From Eledone cirrhosa (lineage: Eukaryota): a stretch of DNA of 64,000 bases. This document shows, in pieces, positions 1 through 12,412 of the stretch. A program made the translations under genes and the position numbers. How positions within the stretch are numbered: the first letter of the stretch is position 1; each line of letters starts with the position of its first letter. The DNA lies in the NCBI GenBank assembly GCA_964016885.1, contig OZ024759.1, positions 31,744,001 to 31,808,000 on the forward strand. Direction: 5' to 3'. A model generated the notes under the pieces. That model was not told where the DNA came from and did no database searches. It saw nothing but the letters and a program-made list of their open reading frames with translations.

Positions 1-982
1 GCATTGCTTATTGAGAGAAAATGTGATAGTCTGTAGGTGTAAGGTCTGTGATAGTCTGTAGCTGCATAACCACCCAAGCTAGCTCCAGCAGCTTCTCACA
101 GGTCATTCTTGATGTAGGCAGCTGAGCTTTGTCTTGAAGGAATCAAACAAAACCATGGTGTGGCCGCACTTGTACGATTTTCCACACTAATCTGTCAAAT
201 TGTTGGCAATAAACATCAGATGTTATCCTGCTTTTCAGTGGGAGCAGCTCGTAGTGATGACACCTTTCCAGTTCCACCAGATGCACAATAGGTTCTTGTG
301 AGGGTGGAGGCCAACCTTTGCTTGCCACTGTGGTGCACTCACTTTATAGACCGACGATTGCTTGTACTTGACATCAATGGAGAGACAGCAATTTTTATCA
401 CCAGTTGATTGTGTGACAGTAAGAGAGCAGAGAAGTTGTAGCAGCCACCTGGCATTTACAGTTATGCTCAGTCAGACTGAGGGGCACCCTTTTGTCCAGC
501 TTGGACACCTTCCCTATTGCATGCATGTGATTGAGGATTGTTGTTTTCGATGCTCCAAGCACTTCGGAGAGTTGAAGTGATGTCTGGCCTAGATCGGGTT
601 CTACCAGCTCGTGCAATTGTTTGTTATTGAAGTTGGATGGACGTGCCGCATGAAGTCCTGCATCTTCAAGGCTGTAATCACCAGAATGGAAGCATGTGAA
701 CCAGTTCCTGGCACTGCGTTCAGACATGGTCTGCACCCAAATGCATTGTTAATGTGCCAACTAGATGCTGCTGCACTTGGGCCAGATTTTCTAGTCCTGA
801 AGTAAACAGCTTCAAATAAGTGATTTGGATAGATCCAGGCTGCTTCCTCTTTGATGGCGTAACAGAAAATCATAAATGCACATAGTGCACTCCAACATTA
901 CTTAGTGCATATGCACAACTTTCAACATTTCCAGAAAACTCTACCAAAATACCTCCTTTTGTAAAATGGCAGGAATTTTTTG

Positions 983-987
<5 letters not shown>
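1..987 (-). mobile_element. Degenerate mariner (Tc1/mariner) transposase remnant
   Basis: Frameshifted ORFs 398-736 and 143-328 contain ARNWF..F.SGDYSLED (HTH), KRVPLSLTE (cf. mariner WVPHEL), ELLP...ITSDVYCQQFDRL and a downstream FLQDK (cf. LHDNA). Possible TIR abuts (TA)n at ~987. Confidence 0.85.
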
Positions 988-1062
<75 letters not shown>

Positions 1063-1165
1063 TTAAATCTCTACATATATGCGTGTATATATGCATATGT
1101 ATATGCATATATATATATGTGTATGTATGTATATGAATATATATATACACACACACGCATACATA

Positions 1166-1210
<45 letters not shown>

Positions 1211-1239
1211 GTATTTATAAGTATATATTTATATGTACA

Positions 1240-1278
<39 letters not shown>

Positions 1279-1317
1279 GTATTTATAAGTATATATTTAT
1301 ATGTACATATTTATATT

Positions 1318-1352
<35 letters not shown>
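988..1352. repeat. (TA)n/(TG)n compound microsatellite
   Basis: Seen directly. Confidence 0.95.
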
Positions 1353-1749
1353 AAATACACATAAATTTCACTTTGATTCAATCTATTAAAGGGAATGTAG
1401 AGTTTAACTATTTTTGTTTTTTGTTGTTGTTTCAGGCCCCAAAACAGAGGATAAAATGATATTTAAGGGGCTGATTTCTTGCCAATTTCTAAAGGGTTCA
1501 CCGTTTTTTTCAAAACCTTCATCAATCCCATGTTGTTAAAGAATTCTTCCTTCCTGCTAGTTTTAAATAAATGTCCCATAAACTAATATTGAAATAAAGA
1601 ACACACACACACACGCACACGCACACGCACACCTACCTACCTACCACACTTAATAACATATTGTTTAATTAACTTGTTGGATTGTGGAAGGGACTTAGTA
1701 TGTATGTGTGACATCAGAACGAGTATCCTCCACCTCCAACTAACACTCG

Positions 1750-2085
1750 CTCTATCTACCTACCTATCTACCAATCTCTCTATCTATCTATCTATCTACC
1801 TGCCTACCTACCTACCTACCTAACTAATCTATCTACCTACCTCCCTACCTACCTACCTACCTACCTACCTACCTCCCTACCTACCTGCCTGCCTATCTAC
1901 CTACCTATCTACCTACCTATCTATCTACCAACCTATCTATCTACCTACCTACCTACCTACCTACCTCCCTCCCTCCCTATCTATCTATCTACCTATCTAT
2001 CTACCAATCTCTCTATCTACCTACCTACCCCCCCCCCCCTCCCTATCTATCTATCTACCTACCTATCTATCTTCCTACTTACCTA
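1750..2085. repeat. (CTAC/CTAT)n tetranucleotide microsatellite
   Basis: Seen directly. Confidence 0.95.
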
Positions 2086-2149
2086 AAGGTGAAGCGGGAC
2101 ATAACGAGAAGCTAATTAACTAATGATCCATCGAGGGAACCTGTATGTG

Positions 2150-2460
2150 GTCAACTGAGGCTGGTAGAAATGGCAGCTGAATTTTGAGCTGTTGTAGCCT
2201 CTATATCCTTGTTTGGCGTGGCAGAAATAGCAGCCAAATCTTGGGCTGTTTGAGCCTCTACATGGTAGCTCTATTTGGTTGAAATGGCAGCCAAATCTTG
2301 GAGTTCTTGGTGCTCATTTTGGTAGAAATAGCTATCAGATCTTTGTTTTGTGGGTGCTTCTAGATTGTCTAGGCTATGGGTGCTTCTACATGGTTGTTTG
2401 AACTTGCTAGAAACAGCAGCCAGATCTTGATTTGTTGGTGCTTCTTGACGGTCTGCTGAA
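2150..2460 (+). repeat. Degenerate tandem array (~5 copies) of a SINE-like segment
   Basis: Recurrent AGAAAT(A/G)GCAGCCAAATCTT-like motif every ~55-80 bp; the same motif occurs at ~3686. Confidence 0.6.
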
Positions 2461-3083
2461 ACTAGTGGGAAAGCTCATCATCATCATCATCATTTAACGT
2501 CCACTTTCCCTACCAGAAAGGGTTGGATAGACAATTTGTTCATTAAGTCTACATATAGAAGAAAAAAATGGGTTTATTCTGCATTTGTAATTTGCCTCTC
2601 TCACTCTCCATCTCACAGAATTTCACTGTATAATCATCAACGCCACCACATCACACATCTATTTTTTTCTTAATCAAGGTTGATTGCTAATAGCAATTAA
2701 CTGTTTTCATACCAAACAACCCCTGGTTCTATGATACAAAAACGTTTATTTTAAGGTGTTTATATTCATCTATTATCCTTGCACTATCATTAATTCTATG
2801 TAAGAACCTTTGTTAAGTTACAATCCAAACATCAACTTAATGTTATATTTCTAAATATTCAACACCTTCAAATTCTTGATTATTTTCAAAATTACTACAA
2901 AATTATTTGCAGTCTATTTGTTAGAAATATGGTAACTACAAGTTTAATGGGTGAGTTCAAAGACATTCCAGTATCACCATTCTATGTTTACCAACCTAGC
3001 AAACCCTCTCTTTAACAACCTAGTCTATTATCTTTACTCCATCTCTATAACTTAACAAACTCATATCATCATCCATTATCATC

Positions 3084-3307
3084 TAATCCTTTAGCATTTA
3101 CATGATTCTATATTTACTATTATATTTTCATGGTAAAGACTTTATCTCATATAATTATTATCTCACATAATATCGAATCTGAGATTTTGATATTTATTTT
3201 GAGAACAATATCTTAACATAAGTATGAGCAGCCGGTTACAGCTGGTTTGAACAGAAAGAGGTGAGAATTCTGGCCGAATATGGCCAGTTTAAATGCTAAA
3301 GGGTTAA
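3084..3307 (-). mobile_element. piggyBac-type MITE (~220 bp)
   Basis: Ends CCTTTAGCATTTA...TAAATGCTAAAGGG-TTAA; many homologous copies in the window. Confidence 0.8.
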
Positions 3308-3879
3308 TGTCCGTTTTTCCCTGCTAGCAAAGGTTGGATGGATCATCACAGACTAAGTCAGTACTCAAGAGGCGCTGCTGACCTCTCATACGAGTTTGGT
3401 GGGGCCTGCCTCTAACTTACATTTCCACACTCGGGTCTGCTCAGGTAAGCTGGGGGCCTCCCCAGCACATCACCTACAAGTGTGTCAATGTTCTATTTTT
3501 ATCGTGGTACCAGCACCAGGGAGGTTGTATATTTTTCATTTTAACTGTTTAGTTAGGGAAGGAAAGGCACCCTCTATGGTCCTTCCTTATCCAGGGCCTT
3601 CTAGTCTTCTGGGAGGGAGAAAACTAAAGACCTGATCTAAATGTTTGCCACTGAGTAAACTCAGTTGAAGGCCACCTGCTCTTGCTAGAAACAGCAGCTA
3701 AATCTACCTGAAAACTATACTGAACTCTATCATCTTATAGGGCATAACTATATAATGTAGTTTTTAGCTATCCCATGTCTGAAAATAAGACAGGATGGTC
3801 ATTGCTGGAATGTGTTTGACCACATCTCTACTTGATAAGAGGCTGACCTGCAGCTAAATTATAATCATTAATTGATCTG

Positions 3880-6800
3880 AATTGACAAGAACCCAGCCCT
3901 CATTCGCTTACTAAAAGAGGTGGAATCCATCAGATGGAACGAAGGAAGCAATGTTTCCGTTGGTCTTTCCACTATCTACCAGTCGCAACTCCTGACTCGT
4001 TCAGCGATGAGGCGGAGCCAGGTCGCTCTCGATGGGCCGCTGCGTTCGCGGAGTGTCTCAACACATTCTGTGATGAGATCCCGAACGAGAACTGGGATGT
4101 GTTCGCGGAGTGTGTCGATGGTAGATTAGACAACATACGCTCGAGCAGGGGGCGTGTCAAATCACGGAAATCACGGAAAAAGAGCAAATCTAAAAGGCCC
4201 TCTAGGAAAGCTGGCAGAAAGAGTGAGAAGAGAGCGCTCTACGCTCGCTACCAGTTTTTATATGACCGCGATAGGAAGAAGCTCCTTACGGTAATACTAG
4301 GGGAGGAGAAGCAGGGCGTGTGCCCTGTCCCGATGGCGGACATTGAGTCTGCCTACGAAGACAGGTTTTCCATCCCGGGACCAGATGTGGATCTTAGCGC
4401 GTATCCTGCAACGGATGTGGTGAACAACGTCCCGCTTTTGCATCCGTTCACCATTTCCGAGGTTGTAGGTGCGAGCAGGTGTATGAGTCCGCATTTGGCT
4501 CCTGGTCCTGACGGTATCACGCCCCAACAGGTACGCGCAATTGACCCTGCGACTCTTGTGAACCTATTTAACTGTTTGCTGCTAGCCGGGAGAGTACCCG
4601 ATATCTTGAAACTTGGAAGATCAATCCTGATTCGCAAGAAGATGGACGGCCCGATCGATCTTTCCAATTGGAGAACCCTGACAATATGCTCTGCCGTGTA
4701 TCGTTTATACACCAGGATTCTCTCCAAAAGAATGTTTCAGGTAACACCCTTAAACCCCGCCCAAAGGGGTTTAATAAATGCGGACGGCTGCAGTGAGACT
4801 CTGTTCTTAGTGCGGCAGCTTATCGGACGCAGTATGGGTGGGCTAGCTCGATCGAGGATTCGGCAGTTGAACGTGGTCTTCTTGGACCTTGCCAAGGCCT
4901 TCGATACTTGTTTGCGGGCATGAGAAGGCTTGGATTTCACGATCATATGGTCGAAGTCGTGAAAGGTCTCTAGGATGGCTGTGTCTCAAAATTCTCGGTC
5001 GGAGCGGAAACGAGCAGAGCTATCAAGATCAGGCGCGGAGTACGGCAAGGGGATGCCCTCTCGCCCCTTCTCTTTAATATAGCCACAGATCCGCTGATGG
5101 ATGTACTTTCCATCAACTGTGGCTTACAGATTGGAGAGTTGGGATTATCGAGTCTGGCGTACGCTGATGACAATGCGCTAGTGTCCGGCTCTTCGGTGGA
5201 GATGCAGCGTCTAGTTGACAGATGCGTGTCTTTCTACCGGGAGATGGGGCTAGCGGTGAATGTCTCCAAATGCGACACTTTCTCGATCAAAGTGTGGGGG
5301 AAGTCCTTTTTGGTCAACACGGACTCCGCTCCTGAAATCGACGGTATTCAGCTCTTGAGAATCGATCCTGCAGAGAAATGTTCTTACCTAGGTGTCAAAG
5401 TCGGCCCGTGGTCAAACCTCGAGATGAATGTTTCGGTGGAGCAGGTGTCACAGTGTATCGATAAGATTTGCTGTGCTCCACTGAAACCCTGGCAGAAATC
5501 CCATCTGATGCAACAATATTACCTGCCTAGATTGTTCTACACTCTATCGCAGGTAATGCCTGCCCGGATTAAACTTGAGGAGCTAGACGCAGCTATTCGC
5601 ATGGGGGCACGTAGGATCATGCATCTGCACGAATCGACCTCTGTTTCCTTCTTATACAGCAGCAGACGAGATGGCGGATTGAATCTTTGCCATCTGGCGA
5701 AGTTGATTCCATCCATCGTGATTCGAAAGAATCTTCGTCTGCTGGTCTCTCGATATGACGCGGTCCGTCTCATGGCCGAATCTGCGGGCCTTGCTGCGCG
5801 GAACAGCGAGATAGCGGTGTGCTATGGTCTGCCACCGGTTCCGCTGGGCGAGACCACGTACGCGCCTGACCTTCGGCGCGAGTACGCCGAGGCCTGGGCG
5901 TCTCAGCCCGTTCAGGGGGCGTGTGCGGGGTCGTTTAGAGGCGACCGAATCGGCAACGATTGGCTGCTCCGCCCGGGTGTGGTTTCTGAGGGGACCTTTT
6001 TAAGCTGTCTTAAATTGCAAGCCAATACGTTTCCCACCCGGGAATGCCTGGCGAGAGGTGGTCGCAGACCAAAGACCTGTAGACGCTGTGGGATGGCTGC
6101 GGAGACAATCGCCTGCATCAGTGGCCAGTACCCTCTTCTGAAGAGAAGGCTTTGGCCAGGCATGACCAGCTATGCCAACTGATTGCGGACGAGTGTATAC
6201 GCCACGGTTGGAGAGTGGGCTGGGAGCCCTCTTATCGTGTGAACAATGCGAGGCTCATTCCGGATCTGGTAATGAGGAGATGGGGTACAACGGTGGTGGT
6301 GGATGTCACGGTGAGATATGAGCAGGGAAGTGCTTTGAATGACGCCGTGGCGGAGAAGGTACGTAAGTACCTTCCGTTGACTGCACTGCTGGAAAATGAA
6401 GCAGGTGGGAGAGTCCTGGTTCATGGCTGTCCGATCGGAGCTTGCGGTGCCTGGTCTAGGGATCATGGATGATGTGTTCAGGAGGCTTCTGTGCCGTCGG
6501 GCGATGCTGGAGTCGGAGCCGGCTGGTTCCGGGTTGTCGGCTCGCGTGCGGTATGGGGGTCTCTGGACGCTTCCGGGTCCCCTTCACTGTGGCTGCCTGT
6601 CATCTAATCCCCTTTCTCCGTTATGAACCCTTGCCGGGTCCGGAGGATGATTGCTTCAGGTTTTTTTAAATTTTTTTAAATTTTTTTTATTAGAGCATTA
6701 GGGCCTAGAATCTCTCTTCCTTTCTTTCTTTTCTGCTTTCTTTAGAAATTTCGACTAATTTGAGTTAACCTGGCGAGTGGTTGGATAAGTATCCGAGTGG

Positions 6801-7165
6801 GAGATGTAAGATGCCTCTGCCGGTACCGCTAATCTGGGCGTTCGTACTGGGTGCACGATAGTACGCCCTCACCCCCCTCTGCAGGGTTACGTGTAATGTT
6901 AAAATGTTTTTCTAACTAATAAGTTTATTAATGTTGTTTATAGGAAGAGAGAAGGAAAAATAGGACCCGAAGCGTGATACAAACAGGTGGTTGAGCGGTG
7001 CACGACCACCTTACTTTAGTTTAGGGCATTTTAGATTAGACTATTACTACTGGATTGACTGGGACAGGCCGTTATGCAGTTGTCGCTTTTGGCGTAGGCC
7101 GTGGGACCTCCGACACTAAATTAAGTTAAATGCCAGAATTTTACTCCTAAGAAAAAATAAATTTA
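3880..7165 (+). mobile_element. 5'-truncated R2-like non-LTR retrotransposon (RT + CCHC + restriction-like endonuclease), disrupted
   Basis: RT motifs APGPDG, DLAKAFDT, GVRQGDALSPLLFN, LAYADD, YLGV; R2-type APLKPWQK and RDGGL; CRRCG zinc knuckle; RHD/PDLV/DVTV/KVRKY RLE motifs. Frameshifts at ~4910 and ~6140 and an in-frame TAG at ~4971. GC-rich relative to flanks; 3' UTR ends near AATAAA ~7156. Outer boundaries approximate. Confidence 0.9.
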
Positions 7166-7225
7166 TCTTCTTTTCTTTTCTTATTCTTGTCTATCTTTCT
7201 ATTTCTTCTCTCTTTTTTTCATTCT

Positions 7226-7263
7226 ATCTTCTGATGAAGGACTAAGCTCCAAAACATTAAGAT
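7226..7263 (+). ncRNA. Decayed minimal type I hammerhead ribozyme motif (Penelope/retrozyme-like)
   Basis: ATCTT-CTGATGA-A-GGA CTAAGC TCC-AAAAC-ATT-AAGAT: stem I ATCTT/AAGAT and stem II GGA/TCC are present. The core reads as CCGAAACGTT after reversing two CG>CA changes. Confidence 0.55.
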
Positions 7264-7359
7264 CTTTTCTTACTATATCAAGTGTTAAACTAATATATCA
7301 TAATTTTAGTGTATTGTTCCTCTGTTTCTCCTTGTTGACTTTTTGCACACTTTTCTATA

Positions 7360-7400
<41 letters not shown>

Positions 7401-7580
7401 GATGATATACACGCACACACACATTCACTACTCACACATGCACTATGCATATGCATACTCACTCATCTTCCATCATCATAATCCCTACATCAGCCTTCAC
7501 TTATTTGTGTAGGTTTAATGTGTTCTCTCTGCAGCTTCTATCTATATGTATGCATTTTCCCCTCCTATCATCATCATCAC

Positions 7581-7805
7581 CCCTTTAGCATTTACATTAC
7601 TCCAGATATACTATTGTATTTTTGTGGTAAAGGCTTTACCTTACATAATTACTTCACATAATATCAAATCTACAAGATTTTGATGTTATTTATTTTGAGA
7701 ACAATACCTTAATGTCAGTATGAGCAGCTGGTTATGCCCAGTTTAAACAGAAAGAGGTGAGAGAATTCTGGCCGGATATGGCTGGTTTAAATGCTAAAAG
7801 GTTAA
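7581..7805 (-). mobile_element. piggyBac-type MITE copy
   Basis: CCCTTTAGCATTTAC...TAAATGCTAAAAGG-TTAA. Confidence 0.8.
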
Positions 7806-8227
7806 TAGATTGAATGAATGCTAAGTCTTGTCCATTGCAGCTTCTTTGCACTTTACACTGTTTCTTTGTCATCTTCTTTCTGACGTCCCATTCCTCTTGA
7901 GATCAACTTCCACCCTTTCTGTCCAAGTCTTCCTTGGTCGTCTTCTTCCTTTTCTGCGTTCCACACGGAAGTCCTGCTGCCACTTCTTCACCAAACATCA
8001 CCATCATCATCCATAGATTAGCTTCTACTATATCTGTCCAAGTCTTCCTTGGTCCTACTCTTCCTTGGCTCCACATGGAAGTCCTGCCACTTCTTCACCC
8101 ATCATCGTCATCATCCATACCCATTACAATGTCCCATAACAATGAGTGAACACAACACGGCCGATTCTAATTCAAAGAGCTAGCCTTGACACACATTGTG
8201 TCACACTGAATTTCCCTGAGAATTATG

Positions 8228-8443
8228 TTAACCCTTTAGCATTTAAACTGGCCATAACCGGCCAGAATCCCCTCATCTCTTTCTGTTCAAACTGGCCACT
8301 CTTACTTATGTTAAGGTATTGTTCTCAAAATAAATATCAAAATCTCATAGATTCAATATTAATGTGAGATATTATGTAAGATAAAGGCTTTATTGCGAAA
8401 ATACAATAGTATATATAGAGTAATGTAAATGATATAGGGTTAA
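8228..8443 (+). mobile_element. piggyBac-type MITE copy with TTAA at both ends
   Basis: TTAA-CCCTTTAGCATTTA...TAAATGATATAGGG-TTAA. Confidence 0.85.
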
Positions 8444-8869
8444 GGATACACATATCTGTGGAATGCTCAGCCACTTGCAAGTTAATTTCATGAACAGGCT
8501 GTTCCATTAATCGGACAACAGGAACATTTGTTTGAACTGATGAAGGTCCATTCAGCGTTCTGTTCCATTTTCATACCAGTCTTCTCTCTCTCTTGCACTT
8601 AACCTTCTTATTGCTAGTTTTTCCCCTCAACTCATCTCTACTTTGACATTCACATAAACTAACATTACACATCTATTGGAGCATTATCATTATCTCCATC
8701 ACTGTTTAACGTCCATTTTCCACGCTAGCATGGGTTAGATGAGTTGTCCCGTTGTGAGACAAGTCTGATTCAGGTGACCTGTTTCTGGCTTAGTTTCTAT
8801 GGCTGGATGTCCTTCCTAATAGCAACCTCATTTACTGTGTGGACTAGGTGCTTTTATTGTAGCACCAAC

Positions 8870-9435
8870 ACGACCATCTTACAGTGTGGACTGGCTGCTT
8901 TTTGTCATGTCACCAACACGACCATCTTACAGTGTGGACTGGGCACTTTTTGTCATGTCACCAACACGGCCATCTTACAGTGTGGACTGAGCACATTTTG
9001 TCATGTCACCAACACGACCATCTTACTGTGTGGACTGGCTGCTTTTTGTCATGTCACCAACACGACCATCTTACTGTGTGGACTGGCTGCTTTTTGTCAT
9101 GTCACCAACACGACCATCTTACAGTGTGGACTGGGCACATTTTGTCATGTCACCAACACGACCATCTTACAGTGTGGACTGTGCACTTTTTGTCATGTCA
9201 CCAACACGACCATCTTACAGTGTGGACTGGGCACTTTTTGTCATGTCACCAACACGACCATCTTACAGTGTTGACTGGGCACTTTTTGTCATGTCACCAA
9301 CACGACCATCTTACAGTGTGGACTGGGCACTTTTTGTCATGTCACCAACACGACCATCTTACAGTGTGGACTGGGCACTTTTTGTCATGTCACCAACACA
9401 ACCATCTTACAGTGTGGACTGGGCCCTTTTTGTCA
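8870..9435. repeat. 48-bp minisatellite (~11.5 copies) inside a SINE-like element
   Basis: Unit CACCAACACGACCATCTTACAGTGTGGACTGGGCACTTTTTGTCATGT; preceded by the GGCTGGATG(T/C)CCTTCCTAA segment shared with other copies. Confidence 0.95.
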
Positions 9436-9554
9436 GTGATCTCCAAACAACCATCTTTCGACTCCTCTTTTCATCACTTCACCCCTAGCTCTAACATTAT
9501 ATATTTATTATCCTTGTTTTTGTTCTTTTTTTTTCCTCCCCCAATGTTCTGATT

Positions 9555-11645
9555 TTAAATTCCACTGAGGTGAACTTTTCCTTTCACCCTTCAAGGGTCG
9601 ATAAAATAAAAGTACCAGTTTAATACTGGGGTCGATTTAATCGATTTTTCCTTCTCTCTCTCTCTTACACATATGGGGGTTTTGTGCCGATAAGAGTGAC
9701 AAAATACCTTGACATTTTGAATTCAAATCCTGCCAACATCAACTTTGCTTTTCATACTCCTGGGGTGGACAACAAAATAAATGACCAATTGAGTATTAGG
9801 GGTGGGGAGGTGGTTGTGGATTGGCAGAATCATTAGAGCATCGATATCCATTTTGACTCTTTACGTTCGGAGTTCAAATTCTGTTGTGGTCAACTTTGCC
9901 TTTCAACATTTCGAGGTTGATAAAAGAAGTACCAGTTAATCCACTGCGGTCGATTTAATCAACTTCCCACCCACCAACCAACCAAATTGCTGGGGTGGGG
10001 GTGGAAAGGGTTTGTAGATTCGTAGATTTGTCAGAAAAAATACCATAATTGTAGTATTTTATACTGCTCTTTATATTCTGGGTTGAAACTTCACCATTGT
10101 ACCTATTGTTATGAACAAGTTACTAGTGAAGGTACTGAGTCCAACACTAGGCCACGTCTCTTCAAAAATATGTACCACTGTATGAATATCGAGGGACTGT
10201 GTCAGGAGTGGGGGCTTGATCTGTCTTACTGTCCCCATCCCACCCTACCTTGACAGAAAATAAAATTGTTGTGGCCTTGGGCCCATGTTAGAAACCATTA
10301 TCATAATTTTTTTTTTAAATTAAAACTTTTTAATAAAGAATTTAAAAAAATGTATTTAAAAAAATTTTTTTTTTTACAATAAAAATTACAAAACAAAACA
10401 AAGATTTGTAATAAAAAATTTAAATGAAAACAAAAATAAATATTGATAGAAATTGTTACAGATTTTCTTCTTTTTTATGTAAAAAAAAAAAAAAAAAAAA
10501 AAAAAATTTTGGTAAAGAATAAAAAAGAAAACCAAAAAATGTTTTGTTTATTTTAATTCCTCTGAGTTGAAGAAATTCAGTAAGATTCCATCATTATCTC
10601 TGATAAATGTGTAGAATTGGTTTTATTATATTGGAAGGTAGGGCGGTGGATTGGCAGAATCAGTAGAGTATCAGACAACATGCTTTGTGGCATTGAGTTA
10701 CGGCCTTTTACGTTCTGATTTCAAATCCCACTGAGGTTAGCTTTGCCTTTCATCCATACGAGGTCAATAAAATAAAGTACCAGTCATGCACTAGGGTGGA
10801 TTGAATCAACTTTCCCTTCACCCCAAAATTGTGAGCCTTGTACCTAAATAAGAAACCATTATATTGGGTAGTGGATTGGCAGAATCGGTAGAGCGTAAAA
10901 CATGCTTTGCAGCATTTAGTTACAGCCCTGGATTGATGAAATAAAGTACCGGTAAAGTACTGGGGTCGATTTAGCCATGTCCCTAAATCAGAAACCATTT
11001 TGTGAGGGCAATGAAATGGCAGTTTCGGTTGAGTATCGGACGTTCTGAGTTCAAGTCACGGTCGATAAAATAAAGTACCAGTGATACACGAGGCGATGCA
11101 ATCCACTTACCCCCCCCCCCCCCACTGAAATTGTTGGCCTTGTGCCTCAATCAGAAACTTTTGTGAGGTGAAAACAATGAATCAGTTGAACAATGAACAA
11201 AATGCTTTGTAGCATTTAGTTACGTCCCTTTATGTTCTGACTTAAAATCCTGTCGCGCTCAGTTTTGCTTTTCATCTATCCCTGGTCGATTTAAAAAAAA
11301 AAAAAAGTACTGGGGTAGATATAATCGACTTTACTCTTCCCCCAAATTGCTGCCAAAATTAGAAACAATTATTTTGTGAGGTGCCTACGTTCTGAATGCA
11401 AATCTTGCCGTCTATTTTGCCTTTCATTTCTCCGGGGTCGATAAAGTACCAGTAAATTTAATTGGTGTTAGAAAGGGCATCCAGCTGTAGAAATCCCCCC
11501 CCCCCTCCTCTGTCCCCAAATACTGGCCTTGTGCCTAAATTAGAAAACATTATCTTGTGGTATTTGTTCTGCTCCTCTGAATTCAAATTCCACTCTATCC
11601 TTTTGAGGCCGATGACAAAGTACCAGTCTTGTTTTGAAGTCGTTT
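9555..11645 (+). mobile_element. Cluster of ~10 head-to-tail partial tRNA-derived SINE copies
   Basis: Repeated GTTCAAATCC (B-box-like) + GCCTTTCATCC..GGGGTCGATAAAATAAAGTACCAG + TGGCCTTGTGCC..TAGAAAC modules. Confidence 0.8.
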
Positions 11646-12255
11646 CTTCCTCCATGTCTCTTTCTCTGGAATCGGATGGTAAAGAATAGATTTTGCTAGT
11701 TACAAAAAAATAAATAAATAAATAAATAAAAGCCAAATTTATAAAGGGGAAATAACTCTAAATGTTTCTAATGCCAAGGGACATAACTAGTATTGTTTTG
11801 TAAGAAACAGAATTTGTTTAATATATAAATGTATGTATGGGGTCCTAACTCCCGATAGAGTCGTAGTGTAGCTGTAGAAGCATACGGCGTGACTTGGGGG
11901 ATTAAAACCTGGTAGAACCCATCCCCTCTTCAGGTCTGAACATTGCTGATTTCTTTTAGAGAAGAGAAGGAAATAGGGAGGTGAAAATACGGACATGTGG
12001 TTAGACTGTCTGAGAAAAAAAACAAACAAAAAAACACACGCACATATAGATACACACAATGGTGAACTGGGTCTAAAAATATTGGTTGCCAGACGAAGGG
12101 GGCCCACCTATATATACAATGCTATTATTTAATTTTTATAATGAATAAATAACATTTTCGAAAAATACATAAGTGGAAACAAAACAGTGCAATCAAATTT
12201 TTGCGTAAAAATATCTTACCTTCTCTATTAAAAAATATTATGTATTTTGCGAAAT

Positions 12256-12412
12256 CCAGAGACTTTCAATAATTGTTTCTATTTTTGGCACAAGGCCAGC
12301 AATTACCCAGTGCATTACTGGTACTTTATTTTATCGACCCCGTAAGGATGAAAGGCAAAGTCAACCTCGGCGGGATTTGAACTCAGATTTGAACCCAGAG
12401 ACTTTCAATAAT
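12256..12412 (-). mobile_element. SINE copy with 18-bp target-site duplication
   Basis: CCAGAGACTTTCAATAAT at 12256-12273 and 12395-12412 flanks a reverse SINE core. Confidence 0.85.

Noticed and set aside
8870-9435. CRISPR-like regular arrays (also 40706-41675, 59850-60450, 42475-43211)
   Set aside because: Units are contiguous with no unique spacers, no cas genes are present, and the context is eukaryotic.
8744-9552. Cys/His-periodic ORFs resembling zinc-finger or metallothionein repeats (also 59779-60207)
   Set aside because: They are translations of a 48-bp SINE-internal minisatellite that is open in several frames, with incorrect C2H2 spacing.
11730-12120. Possible Helitron/Helentron-like non-autonomous element or minus-strand exon
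   Set aside because: Single copy in the window, termini not definable and no convincing splice pair.
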